Source: Candidatus Omnitrophota bacterium
GTDB lineage: Bacteria > Omnitrophota > Gorgyraeia > B26-G9
DNA: 64,000 bases
Direction: 5' to 3'
Assembly: GCA_043814605.1 (NCBI GenBank)
Contig: JBDRJV010000016.1
Coordinates: 16,218 to 80,217 of the forward strand
The notes under the pieces are model-generated. The model did not search any database, had not been told where the DNA came from, and saw nothing but the letters and a program-made list of their open reading frames with translations. The position numbers and the translations under genes were made by a program. Each line of letters begins with the position of its first letter. Position 1 is the first letter of the stretch. Below, piece after piece: positions 19,736 to 30,641 of the stretch.

Positions 19736-21839
19736 ATGAGTGATACAATTCTGGTTTGGTTCACTTTTTTTGGTTCTAGTGCGGCATTGATATTTGCGGG
19801 ATTTTTAGCAATAACTATTTTAAAACAAAGTGAAGGCAATAAGAAGATGCAGGAAATTGCTCAGGCAGTACGCGAGGGAGCAGGTGCGTATCTTAAACGC
19901 CAATACTCGGTTGTGGGAGTTTTTTTTGCTATTGTTTTTTTTAGTTTTATTTTATTTAGTTTATCGAGGATATCTTGTGGTTTTTGTGCCGTTTGCTTTT
20001 TTAAGCGGAGGATTTTTTTCCGGGTTGTCCGGTTTTATCGGTATGTCTATTGCCACGCGGGCAAGTAGCAGAACAGCACAAGCAGCGAGTGAGAGTCTAA
20101 ATTCCGGCTTGCGTATTGCTTTTTCCAGCGGTGCGGTAATGGGCCTTGTTGTCGTTGGATTGGGGTTATTGGATTTAAGTATCTGGTATGCAATTTTAAA
20201 TTGGTATTACAGTTCTCATGCTTTACCGCACGGATTAGATAAAATCGGTGCAATTACTTCAACCTTGCTGACATTTGGTATGGGTGCAAGTTCTATGGCG
20301 CTTTTTGCCCGTGTGGGCGGAGGAATTTATACTAAGGGTGCGGATGTGGGTGCGGATCTTGTGGGTAAAGTAGAAGCGGGAATTCCGGAAGATGATCCGA
20401 GGAATCCTGCGGTGATTGCCGATAATGTGGGGGATAATGTCGGTGATGTTGCGGGCATGGGAGCAGACCTTTATGAATCATATGTTGGTTCAATTGTGGC
20501 AACCATGGCTTTAGCTTCTGCTGCGGGATTAGGGATTCGAGGCATTACCGTACCGATGATTATAGCGACTTTAGGAGTTATTGCTTCGATTATCGGAACG
20601 TTTTTTGTCCGCTCCGGGGAAGAAGCAAACCAGCATGTTCTATTAAAAGCTTTACGCAGAGGAGTGTTTACCAGCGCGATAATTATTGCGGTTGCTGGTT
20701 TTTTTGTGGTTAAGAAAACTTTGGGAATTGAAAATATTGGTGTTTATTGGGCGATTATTTCGGGTTTATTTGCAGGAATTATTATCGGCCTTTCCACAGA
20801 ATATTTTACTTCGCATAAGTATAACCCGACAAAAGTTATTGCGGAAAGTTCTCAGACAGGTCCAGCGACAGTTGTAATTTCCGGAATGGCTGTGGGAATG
20901 ATTTCAACCGCAATTCCAGTGTGTTGTGTGGGAGGAGCAATTTTAGCCAGTTTTTATTTGTCCGGCGGGGCAACCAATTTCAATATCGGTCTTTACGGAA
21001 TCGGTATTTCCGCAGTAGGCATGTTAAGTACTTTGGGTATTACCTTAGCTACGGATGCTTATGGCCCGGTTGCAGATAATGCAGGGGGAATTGCGGAAAT
21101 GGCGGGATTAGATCCTGAGGTGAGAAAGCGAACAGATGCATTGGATGCTTTAGGCAATACAACTGCAGCAACTGGAAAAGGTTTTGCGATTGGTTCTGCG
21201 GCATTAACAGCACTGGCATTAATTGTTGCCTATCGGGATGAATTAAATATTTTGGGAAAGACTTTAGAACTAAGTTTGCTAAACCCCAGGGTATTGGTGG
21301 GTCTTTTTATCGGAGGCATGATGCCGTTTGTGTTCTCGGCTTTAACTATGAGGGCTGTCGGCCGGGTAGCGGAAAAGATTGTTAAAGAAGTCAGGAGACA
21401 GTTTAAAGAAATTAAAGGATTAATGGAAGGTGAAACTAAAGCGGATTATACAGAATGCGTAAAGATTGCAACCAGCGGAGCGCAGCAAGAAATGATTATT
21501 CCTTCTCTTTTGGCGATAATTACCCCAGTTTTAGTGGGTTTGTCAATGGGTGTAGAAGCAGTTGTGGGGTTGCTTACTGGCGGAACTGTTTGCGGTTTTG
21601 TGCTGGCGGTGATGATGGCTAACTCAGGCGGAGCTTGGGATAATGCAAAAAAATATATTGAAGAAGGAAATTTAGGGGGGAAAGGAAGTTTCGCACATAA
21701 GGCTGCAGTTGTCGGCGATACCGTGGGGGACCCGTTTAAAGATACGTCCGGGCCTTCAATTAATATTTTGATTAAGCTGATGTCTATGGTTTCTATTGTA
21801 TTTGCATCATTTGTTGTGGCAAATAGTTTATTTAAATAA
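19736..21839 (+). pseudogene. hppA: Membrane-bound K+-dependent (likely Na+-translocating) pyrophosphatase with a +1 frameshift in a poly-T tract (real lesion or sequencing error)
   Basis: The N-terminus ([20 protein letters not shown]) is in the 19736 frame and the remainder ([44 protein letters not shown]) in the 19830 frame. T8 runs at 19920-19927 and 19935-19942. Confidence 0.9.
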
Positions 21840-21922
21840 TAAAATAGTCAGAAGATCCCGCAGTAACGGGATCCCGATGAGAGGCTCAAAGAAGTAACTT
21901 CATTCGGGACTGAAGACTAAAG

Positions 21923-21958
21923 ACCACAGGCAAAGCTTTTAGTGCTTGTGGTTTTTTT
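21923..21958 (+). terminator. Intrinsic terminator after hppA
   Basis: accacaggca...tgcttgtggt stem followed by a T-tract. Confidence 0.7.
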
Positions 21959-21976
21959 GTTTCAGGGAAGTAGTGT

Positions 21977-23383
21977 ATGAATAAATTAATTGAAAAAATT
22001 CAAAAAAATATATTTGAAAAAAATCTTTTTAAGAAAAGAGATAAAATTTTGATTTGTGTATCCGGAGGGCCGGACTCTGTCTTTTTATTAAATATGTTAA
22101 TGGCATTAGAAAAAGAGTTTAAATTAAATCTAAGTATTGCACATATAAACCATAATTTAAGAACTAAAGAATCGGATAAAGATGAGTTGTTCGTAAGAAA
22201 GTTATCAAAAATTTATAATATTCCAGTATATGTTCAGAGTGTTGATACTAAAAAATTTGCAAAAACAGAAAAAATGAGTTTAGAAGATGCCGCACGAAAA
22301 TTAAGGTATGATTTTTTCTTAAAAGTCTGTAATGAGAATGGAATTAAGCGAATTATTACGGCTCACACAAAAGACGATCAAGCGGAAACAATCCTTATGC
22401 GGATTTTACGAGGAGCCGGGATTAAAGGTTTATGCGGGATTAGTTTTAAGGGTGATTTTTGCGGAAAAAGTTTAATTCGTCCTTTGCTGGAGATTAACAA
22501 GAAAGATATCCTTAAATATTTAAAAGTTAATAAAATTAAATATCGCATTGATAAAAGTAATCTGCGGACAGATTTTTTCCGCAATAAGGTGCGGCTTAAA
22601 ATTCTGCCTGAACTTGAAAAAAATAATCCGCAATTAAAAAATAATTTATTTAATCTGAGTCAAAATGCCAAAGAGATCGAAGCGTATATCCAGAATGAAA
22701 CAGCGCAGATTTTTAAGAAAATCACCCAAAGAGAAAAAAAAGTAATTATTTTAAATAAAAATAAATATTTAAAACTAGAGTCAGTGTTATGTAAAGCGAT
22801 TTTAAGAAAAATCATTGAAAATCTAACTGGAGATTTAAAAAGCATTGATTTTAAACATATTCAAATTTTGGATGATTTTATTAAAGGGGATATTGTTTGC
22901 GGGAAAAGTATCGATTTGCCGCGAGGGATAAAAGCGGAAAAACAAAGATTAAATATTATTATTAGACTGGCAAAACACAAAAAAAATAAAAAAATCAAAA
23001 AAACATACAAACTCAGTTTAAATAAAAAAGTTGTTATTAAAGAGCTGGGGGTTTCTCTTTGTGCCGGAATTGTGGCAAAAAGGGTTAACCTTAAAAAACA
23101 TGCAAAGTTTATAGAATATTTTGATTTAGCTAAAATGAAATTTCCGCTTTTAATCCGTACCCGGCAATCCGGCGACCGGTTTTATCCTTTGGGCTTGAGC
23201 GGGAGTAAAAAATTAAAAAAATTTTTTACAGACCAAAAAATTAATGATGATCAAAAAGACTTAATCCCCTTAATTGTTTCTGGGGGTAAAATCGCCTGGG
23301 TTGGGGGAATGAGGCTGAGTGAAAATTTTAAAGTGGCAAAAAGCACAAAAAAAATTTTAAAAATCCAAATCAGTAAAATATAA
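21977..23383 (+). CDS. tilS: tRNA(Ile)-lysidine synthetase
   Basis: SGGPDS PP-loop, ARKLRY, AHTKDDQAET, IRPLL and RNKVR motifs; C-terminal domain present. Confidence 0.96.
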   Translation: MNKLIEKIQKNIFEKNLFKKRDKILICVSGGPDSVFLLNMLMALEKEFKLNLSIAHINHNLRTKESDKDELFVRKLSKIYNIPVYVQSVDTKKFAKTEKMSLEDAARKLRYDFFLKVCNENGIKRIITAHTKDDQAETILMRILRGAGIKGLCGISFKGDFCGKSLIRPLLEINKKDILKYLKVNKIKYRIDKSNLRTDFFRNKVRLKILPELEKNNPQLKNNLFNLSQNAKEIEAYIQNETAQIFKKITQREKKVIILNKNKYLKLESVLCKAILRKIIENLTGDLKSIDFKHIQILDDFIKGDIVCGKSIDLPRGIKAEKQRLNIIIRLAKHKKNKKIKKTYKLSLNKKVVIKELGVSLCAGIVAKRVNLKKHAKFIEYFDLAKMKFPLLIRTRQSGDRFYPLGLSGSKKLKKFFTDQKINDDQKDLIPLIVSGGKIAWVGGMRLSENFKVAKSTKKILKIQISKI

Positions 23384-23408
23384 ATTAATTCTGGAAAAAT
23401 AATAATTA

Positions 23409-24317
23409 TTATTTCTTACGTATACCGTAGTAATTAATTTTTGGCGGGGCATCACGCCCGGGTTTCGAAATTTTTACTTCCTGATAGTGCGGTTTGTCTT
23501 TTCGGGCAAGACTGATTAAACATTTTACAAAGTTCATGTTTATCTTACCTTTTTTTGATTCTTCCAGCAATAAGTCTAAGGCTGCTCTTACTGTAAAAGG
23601 ACTGCTGCGGTAGGGCCGGGGGCTGATTAATGCATGAAAAATATCACAAGGAATAATTGTTTGCACGTATTTATTTAATCGCTTTACCCCGCACGGATAA
23701 CCGCTGCCGTCAGAGCGTTCGTGATGTGCAAAAGAGGCTTTAGCAATAATTGAACGGGAATTGTTTAAATAATGTGAAATTAGCAGGTAATCAATTAAGG
23801 GATGTTCTTGAATTATTTTAAATTCATAATCCGTTAAGGGAGTTTTCTTTTCCAGAACTTTTTTTGGAATCCGAGATTTACCGATATCATGCACTAATCC
23901 AATGCGGGCAATTTTATAAATATCAAAGTGCGGATCCTTAAATTCTAAACTTACTTTTATGGAAAGGGCAGATACAATAAGGATATGATTGTAAGTAAGG
24001 GGAAGTGTTTGCTTCATAGAGATTAATTCATTAATTATTGGCTCTGTAAATTCAATCTGGTCAATAATGTTAAGTACTTGTAAAGTGCTTTCACAGTTTG
24101 AAAAAAATGTTCTGTAAGTATCTTTATCGAAAAGAGTTATAAGATCATTAATAATTGTAGTTTTGGAAAGATTTACTTTTTTAATTTGAATATGCTTAGT
24201 TTTAACAATTTTCTGGACTAAATATTTAGTAATTCTTTGCTTGGCTTTTAACAGGATTTTTCCTTCAATATTATAGACATTATATGGCCATTTTGGGCTA
24301 ACCATTTCTTTATCCAT
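23409..24317 (-). CDS. HD-GYP family protein (putative cyclic dinucleotide phosphodiesterase)
   Basis: HDIGK, HHERSDGSGYP and RPYR motifs. Confidence 0.88.
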   Translation of the reverse strand: MDKEMVSPKWPYNVYNIEGKILLKAKQRITKYLVQKIVKTKHIQIKKVNLSKTTIINDLITLFDKDTYRTFFSNCESTLQVLNIIDQIEFTEPIINELISMKQTLPLTYNHILIVSALSIKVSLEFKDPHFDIYKIARIGLVHDIGKSRIPKKVLEKKTPLTDYEFKIIQEHPLIDYLLISHYLNNSRSIIAKASFAHHERSDGSGYPCGVKRLNKYVQTIIPCDIFHALISPRPYRSSPFTVRAALDLLLEESKKGKINMNFVKCLISLARKDKPHYQEVKISKPGRDAPPKINYYGIRKK

Positions 24318-24485
24318 TCTTTATAAAAGATTTAAACATTTAAGCAAAAAAAAAGAAATTACGGATTTAGTCTATCTAATTAAGTTTATCATAACTTATT
24401 AGACTGCGCAAATTTGAGAATAAACCAGAGGATGAAAAAATGATTTAAATCTATGTTATGGCTAATGTTAAAGCAGGTATTTTCC

Positions 24486-24514
24486 TTGACAGTGAATGCC
24501 TTTAGTTATATAAT
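24486..24514 (+). promoter_or_regulatory. Consensus sigma70 promoter of the lysS operon
   Basis: TTGACA-17 nt-TATAAT. Confidence 0.8.
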
Positions 24515-24579
24515 CTACAAATAAACTTCTTTTATACTATAAACTAAAGATAAAGTTAATTATCAGAAAAGGAAAGATA

Positions 24580-26040
24580 ATGATTGATGAGTTTATGGAA
24601 CAACGTATAAAAAAATTAGAGGAATTAAAGCAGGAAGGGATAGACGTTTATATTTCCCGCTTTCCTAAAAAACACACAGCTTTATGGATCAGGGAAAATT
24701 TTAAAGAAAAGGAAGTTGTTTGTACTGCCGGAAGAATTGTTGCTTTAAGAGCTCACGGAAAAAGTATGTTTGGCGATATAAAAGATAATACCGGCCGCGT
24801 ACAATTTTATGTAAAGAAGGATATTATCGGTGAGAAAATATTTTTATTACTGAAAAAACTTGATATCGGGGACATTGTGGGTATTGAAGGCGAATTATTC
24901 ATGACCCATACCCAGGAACCGACAATATCCGCAACGCAAGTAACAATCTTGGCCAAGGGATTGCGGCCGCTGCCGGAAAAATGGCACGGGTTAAAGGATG
25001 TTGAATTAAGGTATCGTAAACGTTATTTAGATTTAATCGCTAATGAAAAAGTCAGGGATGTGTTTTTCCTGCGGAGTAAAATTGTACGCAGTATCCGTGA
25101 TTTTTTAGACGATAAAGGATATTTAGAAGTGGAAACTCCGATGATGCATGCGATTGCCGGAGGTGCCGCCGGAAAACCTTTTAAGACGCATTTAGATGCT
25201 TTAAATATGGATTTAGTATTACGCATTGCCCCGGAATTGTATCTAAAAAAATTACTCGTGGGAGATTTGGAAAAAGTTTATGAGATAAACAGAAGTTTTA
25301 GAAACGAAGGGATTTCCACCCGCCATAATCCGGAATTCACGATGCTGGAAGTATATACAGCTTACGCTGATTATAAAGATATGATGGATCTGGTAAGGGG
25401 AATTATTGAAAATATTGCCAGTAATGTTTTAAGCAAAACAGAACTTGAATTTAACGGGCAAAAAATTGATTTAACCAAATGGCCGGAAGTTTCTTTTGCT
25501 AATCTGATGCAGGAAAATTTTGATATTAACCCGGATGATTCGGAAAAAGTCTGGCTTAAAAAACTAAATGAGAAAGGTATTAAAGTTGAGCTAAAAGAGG
25601 GAAAAATCAGCCGGACGTTTATTTTGAATTTAGTCAGTGATTTGATCGAAGAAAAATTGGCAGTAAATTGCCCAGTATTTGTGACAGATATTTATACGGA
25701 GTTATGCCCTTTAGCAAAAAAGAAAAAAGATAATCCGCTTTTGAGCGAAAGGTTTGAACTTTTCATGGGCGGGATGGAAATAGCTAATGCCTATTCTGAG
25801 CTGAATGATCCGCAGGAACAAAGAGAACGCTTTCTTTTACAGGCAAAAGATGAGGGTAAAGCCAATATTGATGAGAGTTTTGTCGAGGCATTAGAATATG
25901 GAATGCCGCCGGCCGGAGGATTGGGGATTGGAATTGACAGATTAGTAATGTTGTTTGCTAATCAGCCTTCAATTAAAGATGTGATTTTGTTTCCGCAGCT
26001 TAAGCCGGAAATCCAGGAAGAAATAAAAGAAGAGAAATAA
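24580..26040 (+). CDS. lysS: Lysyl-tRNA synthetase (class II)
   Basis: LPEKWHGL, RYRKRYLDL, LRIAPELYLK, FRNEG..HNPEFT and GMPPAGGLGIGIDRL motifs. Confidence 0.98.
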   Translation: MIDEFMEQRIKKLEELKQEGIDVYISRFPKKHTALWIRENFKEKEVVCTAGRIVALRAHGKSMFGDIKDNTGRVQFYVKKDIIGEKIFLLLKKLDIGDIVGIEGELFMTHTQEPTISATQVTILAKGLRPLPEKWHGLKDVELRYRKRYLDLIANEKVRDVFFLRSKIVRSIRDFLDDKGYLEVETPMMHAIAGGAAGKPFKTHLDALNMDLVLRIAPELYLKKLLVGDLEKVYEINRSFRNEGISTRHNPEFTMLEVYTAYADYKDMMDLVRGIIENIASNVLSKTELEFNGQKIDLTKWPEVSFANLMQENFDINPDDSEKVWLKKLNEKGIKVELKEGKISRTFILNLVSDLIEEKLAVNCPVFVTDIYTELCPLAKKKKDNPLLSERFELFMGGMEIANAYSELNDPQEQRERFLLQAKDEGKANIDESFVEALEYGMPPAGGLGIGIDRLVMLFANQPSIKDVILFPQLKPEIQEEIKEEK

Positions 26041-26080
26041 GAGATGAGGATTGCAACTTATAACTTAAGGTGATAAATGT

Positions 26081-27265
26081 ATGTTTTATGAATTAAAAAT
26101 AGCACTAAGATATTTTTTAGGCAGCAGAAAAGAAAAATTTATTTCTTTAATCAGTATTATTTCAATCTTAGGTGTTGCTACGGGTGTGGCTACTTTGATT
26201 ATTGTTATCGGAGTTATGACGGGATTTGACCATGAACTCAGAGACAGGATAATCGGCACGAATAGTCATATTGTAATTGACAAAATCGGCGGCTTAGATA
26301 ATGCAGATTATGTCCGCAAAAGTATTGCTCAAATAGATGGGGTCCAAGCCAGTGCCCCTTTTGTTAATACGCAGGCATTATTAGTAACTCCGGATAGGAT
26401 GCATGCTGTAGTCGTGCGGGGAATAGATACAGATCTTGAGAAAAATGTCACAGGATTAAAAGATTTTATAAAAGAGGGAAAGCTTGATTTAACTGACCCC
26501 GGAACAATTATTATCGGTAAAGTCTTAGCCTCGGATATGTTCTTGAAAGTCGGGGATGAAGTAAAATTAGTAACTAAAAAAAATACTAACGGGGATAAAG
26601 TCCAGGTTGGGGCAGTTTTTTCCAGTGACATGTATGATTATGATTCCGGGGTGATTTTAACGTCAATAGATAAAGCTAAAATTTTAACCGATACCCCTGA
26701 AATTGTCAGCGGCGTAAGCGTAAAAATAAAAAATGTTTATGATGCAGAAAAGATACAAAAAAAGATCCAAAATACTTTAGGGTTCCCGTATTACAGCCGG
26801 ACATGGATGCAATTAAACAAAAATTTATTCGAAGCTTTGAAATTAGAAAAAACAGCAATGTTTGTAATTTTAACTTTAATAGTTTTAGTCGCATCGTTTA
26901 ATATTGCCAGTACTTTGATTATGATGGTTATGGAAAAAACAAAAGATATCGGCATAATCAAAGCAATCGGCGGCAGCCCTTATAGTGTGCTGTGGATTTT
27001 TATCATCGTGGGAACTTTGATTGGATTTATGGGGACAGCGCTGGGTGTTTTTGGCGGATTTGGCCTGGCCCATATTTTGCGCACCTTTGAGTTTATCAAA
27101 CTGCCGGAAGATGTTTACTATATGAGTAATTTACCCGTCGAAATTAATATAACTGATGTTATTTGGATTACAGCTGCGGCAATGATGATCAGCTTATTTT
27201 CAACTTTGTACCCGGCAATCAAAGCATGCCAATTGGATGCAGTGGAAGCTTTAAGATACGAATAA
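26081..27265 (+). CDS. lolC: Lipoprotein-releasing ABC permease LolC/E
   Basis: GVATLIIVIGVMTGF, ALKLEK, MEKTKDIG and EALRYE motifs. Confidence 0.93.
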   Translation: MFYELKIALRYFLGSRKEKFISLISIISILGVATGVATLIIVIGVMTGFDHELRDRIIGTNSHIVIDKIGGLDNADYVRKSIAQIDGVQASAPFVNTQALLVTPDRMHAVVVRGIDTDLEKNVTGLKDFIKEGKLDLTDPGTIIIGKVLASDMFLKVGDEVKLVTKKNTNGDKVQVGAVFSSDMYDYDSGVILTSIDKAKILTDTPEIVSGVSVKIKNVYDAEKIQKKIQNTLGFPYYSRTWMQLNKNLFEALKLEKTAMFVILTLIVLVASFNIASTLIMMVMEKTKDIGIIKAIGGSPYSVLWIFIIVGTLIGFMGTALGVFGGFGLAHILRTFEFIKLPEDVYYMSNLPVEINITDVIWITAAAMMISLFSTLYPAIKACQLDAVEALRYE

Positions 27266-27346
27266 TTTTTGGTAGCAGGCAGCAAGCAACACGTAACAGG
27301 CAATTTATAATCTGAAACTTGTCACTTGTAACTTGGAACGTGAAAT

Positions 27347-28021
27347 ATGTCACTGATTGCAAAAAATATTTATAAATCTTATAAAATTAATTCGCAAAAA
27401 TTAGATGTATTAAATGGGATTTCCTTGAATATAAACCCGGGTGAGTTCATTGCTTTATTGGGAGCGTCCGGAGCCGGAAAATCTACTTTATTACATATTT
27501 TAGGGGGATTGGATGAACCATCAACAGGAGAAGTCTTGCTTAATCATAAAAATATATATAAAATAAGAAGCAAACAATGTGCTTTGTTAAGGAACCAGGA
27601 AATCGGGTTTGTTTTTCAGTTTTACCATCTTTTGTCGGATTTTACTGCTTGTGAAAATGTGATGATGCCGGGAATGATTGCCCGCGCTAAAAAATCACAG
27701 CTTAAACAAAAAGCACAAGATCTTTTAGATCAAGTTGGTTTAGGCAAAAGAATGACTCATTATCCGCATCAATTATCCGGTGGGGAACAGCAAAGAGTAG
27801 CGATTGCCCGGGCTTTAATTAATAAACCCCGCTTTCTTTTCTGTGATGAACCGACGGGTAACCTGGATTCTGTGAACGGAGAAAAAATTTGTGAAATTTT
27901 AATACAGTTGAATAAAGTGAATAATTACACAATGGTTATTGCTACACACTCAAAAGATATTGCAAAAATAGCGGCAAAAGTGATTTATATAAAAGACGGA
28001 TTAATCGTAGATAATCATTAA
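27347..28021 (+). CDS. lolD: Lipoprotein-releasing ABC ATPase
   Basis: [28 protein letters not shown] and DEPTGNLD motifs. Confidence 0.92.
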   Translation: MSLIAKNIYKSYKINSQKLDVLNGISLNINPGEFIALLGASGAGKSTLLHILGGLDEPSTGEVLLNHKNIYKIRSKQCALLRNQEIGFVFQFYHLLSDFTACENVMMPGMIARAKKSQLKQKAQDLLDQVGLGKRMTHYPHQLSGGEQQRVAIARALINKPRFLFCDEPTGNLDSVNGEKICEILIQLNKVNNYTMVIATHSKDIAKIAAKVIYIKDGLIVDNH

Positions 28022-28034
28022 AGATGGAGGATAT

Positions 28035-28913
28035 ATGTCTCTTAAGATTTATATTGATGGAAAATTTTATGATAAAGAAAATGCAAAAATTTCTGTATTT
28101 GACCATGGGCTTTTATACGGTGACGGTGTATTTGAAGGTATCCGTTCTTATAATTGCTTAGTTTTCAAAATGGAAGAACATATTGACCGCCTTTATGAAA
28201 GTGCGCATACAATTATGCTGGAGCCGGGAATTTCTAAAAAACAAATGATCCAGGCAGTTCTGGACACATTAAAAACTAATGAATTAAAAGATGCATATAT
28301 CCGATTAGTTATTACGCGGGGAGTAGGGGGCCTGGGCCTTGATCCGAGAAAATGTAAAAAAGCTTCAATTATTATTATTACAGATAAAATTGTTCTCTAT
28401 CCCCAAGAGTTTTATCAAAAGGGGCTTAAAATAATTACTGTGCCAACAGTGCGTAATGTTCCGGAAGCATTAAACCCGCAAATTAAATCGCTGAATTATT
28501 TAAATAATATTTTGGCTAAAATTGAAGCGGCTAATTCCGGATACGAAGAAGCAATAATGCTGGATTCCTTAGGGTTTGTAGCCGAATGTACGGGTGATAA
28601 TATTTTTATTATTAAAAATAAAAAACTGATTACGCCGCCGCATACAATTGGCACATTGAAAGGAATTACCCGGGATGCGGTAATTAATCTGGCAGAAAAA
28701 ATAAAAATATCAACTCACCAGCAGATGTTAAGCCGGCATGAAATATTTAATGCGGATGAAGTTTTCTTAACTGGAACAGCGGCTGAAATTATTCCGGTAG
28801 TTTTTGTCGATGGCCGAAAAATCGGCAATGGAAAACCGGGGAAGATGACATTATCTTTGATGAAAGATTTTAAGAAAATTACACGCACCGATGGAGTAAA
28901 GTATAAAGTATAA
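28035..28913 (+). CDS. ilvE: Branched-chain amino acid aminotransferase
   Basis: DHGLLYGDGVFEG, IKSLNYLN, GITR and FLTGTAAE motifs. Confidence 0.95.
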   Translation: MSLKIYIDGKFYDKENAKISVFDHGLLYGDGVFEGIRSYNCLVFKMEEHIDRLYESAHTIMLEPGISKKQMIQAVLDTLKTNELKDAYIRLVITRGVGGLGLDPRKCKKASIIIITDKIVLYPQEFYQKGLKIITVPTVRNVPEALNPQIKSLNYLNNILAKIEAANSGYEEAIMLDSLGFVAECTGDNIFIIKNKKLITPPHTIGTLKGITRDAVINLAEKIKISTHQQMLSRHEIFNADEVFLTGTAAEIIPVVFVDGRKIGNGKPGKMTLSLMKDFKKITRTDGVKYKV

Positions 28914-29059
28914 AGTATAAACAAAATCAATAAATGGGGATGGATTATCCCGCCAAAAAACAGCCCCGCTTAAAAATGGCGGGACAAGCGGGATTAAATT
29001 CACACAGTAACTTATGAGTGCTTTGCTCCATAAGTTACGTGTTCATTTAAGGAGGGAGT

Positions 29060-29560
29060 ATGGTTTGTCAGGTTTGCAATAAAAACCCTGCGACTGTTCA
29101 TTTAACGGAAATAATAAATGAACAAATGACCGAATTGCATATTTGCGAACAATGTGCAAAAGACAAAGGGATTGCCGGGTTAGGACAGCCTTTTGGTCTG
29201 CAGGATTTATTAGCCGGGCTGGTTGATTTTGGTGCGCCGGTAACAAAAGATAAAAAAGTAGTTTTGCAATGCGATAATTGTAAAATGACTTATGAGGATT
29301 TTCGTAAAGCCGGCCGTTTTGGCTGCAGCCAATGTTATGATACTTTTAAAGACAGTTTGGAGCCTTTATTAAAAAAAATACACGGTTCGGTACGGCATTT
29401 TGGTAAAGGGCCAATGCTTGATGGAGCGGAATTTAAAGTTAAAAAAGATTTACAGAATTTACATCTTAAATTGCAACGGGCAATTCAATCTGAAGCTTTT
29501 GAAGAAGCAGCTAAGATTAGAGATGAGATTAAAAATTTGGAAAAAAGGGGTGAGCAATGA
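29060..29560 (+). CDS. mcsA: McsA (CxxC motifs + UVR domain), McsB activator
   Basis: Four CxxC motifs, GRFGC and EAFEEAAKIRD; adjacent to mcsB-clpC. Confidence 0.93.
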   Translation: MVCQVCNKNPATVHLTEIINEQMTELHICEQCAKDKGIAGLGQPFGLQDLLAGLVDFGAPVTKDKKVVLQCDNCKMTYEDFRKAGRFGCSQCYDTFKDSLEPLLKKIHGSVRHFGKGPMLDGAEFKVKKDLQNLHLKLQRAIQSEAFEEAAKIRDEIKNLEKRGEQ

Positions 29561-30609
29561 AAATTAACGACTTGATTAAACAAACTAGCGGTTGGTTAAA
29601 AGGTACAGGTGCTCATTCTGAAATCGTATTTTCCAGTCGTATTAGACTGGCGAGAAATTTAGAAAAAATGATTTTTTCCGGCTGGGCAAAAAGGGAACAG
29701 CTGGAACAAACCCGGGCTGTTTTGGAACCCGTGGTAAATGAACTCGAAGAAATTAAAAAAGATGGTTTGTATTTGAAAATGGATGATATTTCTGATGTGG
29801 ATAGACAAATGTTAGTGGAGAGGCATTTGATTAGCCGGGAACTGATCAATAATCATCAATCCCGGGCGGTATCTTTAAGCCGGGATGAAACAGTCTCAAT
29901 TATGCTTAATGAAGAGGATCATTTAAGAATACAAGTGCTTTTGCCGGGATTTGCCTTAGACGATTGCTGGGATAAAATAGAAAGTATTGATGGCCGGCTT
30001 GAGAAAAAATTAAATTTTGCTTTTTCCGGTAAATGGGGATATCTTTCTGCTTGTCCGACCAATACCGGAACCGGAATCCGCGCATCAGTAATGCTGCATT
30101 TGCCGGCCTTGGTTTTAACCAAACAAATTAACCGGGTGATTCAAGCAATTGTTAAATTAGGTTTAACCGTTAGGGGCCTTTTTGGCGAAGGCACAGAAGC
30201 GGCAGGAAATTTTTTTCAAATTTCTAATCAGGTTTCATTAGGACGAAGCGAGTTGGAAATTGTGGATAATATTAAGCGGATTATTAATCAGGTGTTAGAA
30301 TATGAACAAAACGCGAGAAAATCTTTAACCAACAAAAATAAAAGCAGCTTAGAAGATCAAGTCTGGCGTTCTTACGGAATTTTAAAAAATGCCTATATTA
30401 TTTCCAGTGCAGAATCAATAGAACTTCTTTCTAATGTCTGTTTAGGTATTGATTTGGGATTAATTAAAAAAGGGGTAACTCGAGAAGTAGTCAATGAACT
30501 TTTTATCCTGACGCAACCGGCACATTTGCAAAAACTTGAATCAAAAACACTTAATGCTAAGCAAAGAGATATAAAACGTGCGGAATTAGTCAGAAAAAAA
30601 TTAAAATAA
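29557..30609 (+). CDS. mcsB: Protein-arginine kinase
   Basis: [26 protein letters not shown] and QISNQ motifs. Confidence 0.95.
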   Translation: MKINDLIKQTSGWLKGTGAHSEIVFSSRIRLARNLEKMIFSGWAKREQLEQTRAVLEPVVNELEEIKKDGLYLKMDDISDVDRQMLVERHLISRELINNHQSRAVSLSRDETVSIMLNEEDHLRIQVLLPGFALDDCWDKIESIDGRLEKKLNFAFSGKWGYLSACPTNTGTGIRASVMLHLPALVLTKQINRVIQAIVKLGLTVRGLFGEGTEAAGNFFQISNQVSLGRSELEIVDNIKRIINQVLEYEQNARKSLTNKNKSSLEDQVWRSYGILKNAYIISSAESIELLSNVCLGIDLGLIKKGVTREVVNELFILTQPAHLQKLESKTLNAKQRDIKRAELVRKKLK

Positions 30610-30641
30610 TAAAATTATTTCGTGAGAAAGGGGATCAGATT

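Noticed and set aside
19736-20068. Separate 110-aa membrane protein upstream of hppA
   Set aside because: It is the true HppA N-terminus running out of frame after the poly-T tract.
28914-29059. CtsR operator or ctsR gene before mcsA
   Set aside because: No GGTCAAA direct repeats and no ORF; the region holds palindromes only.
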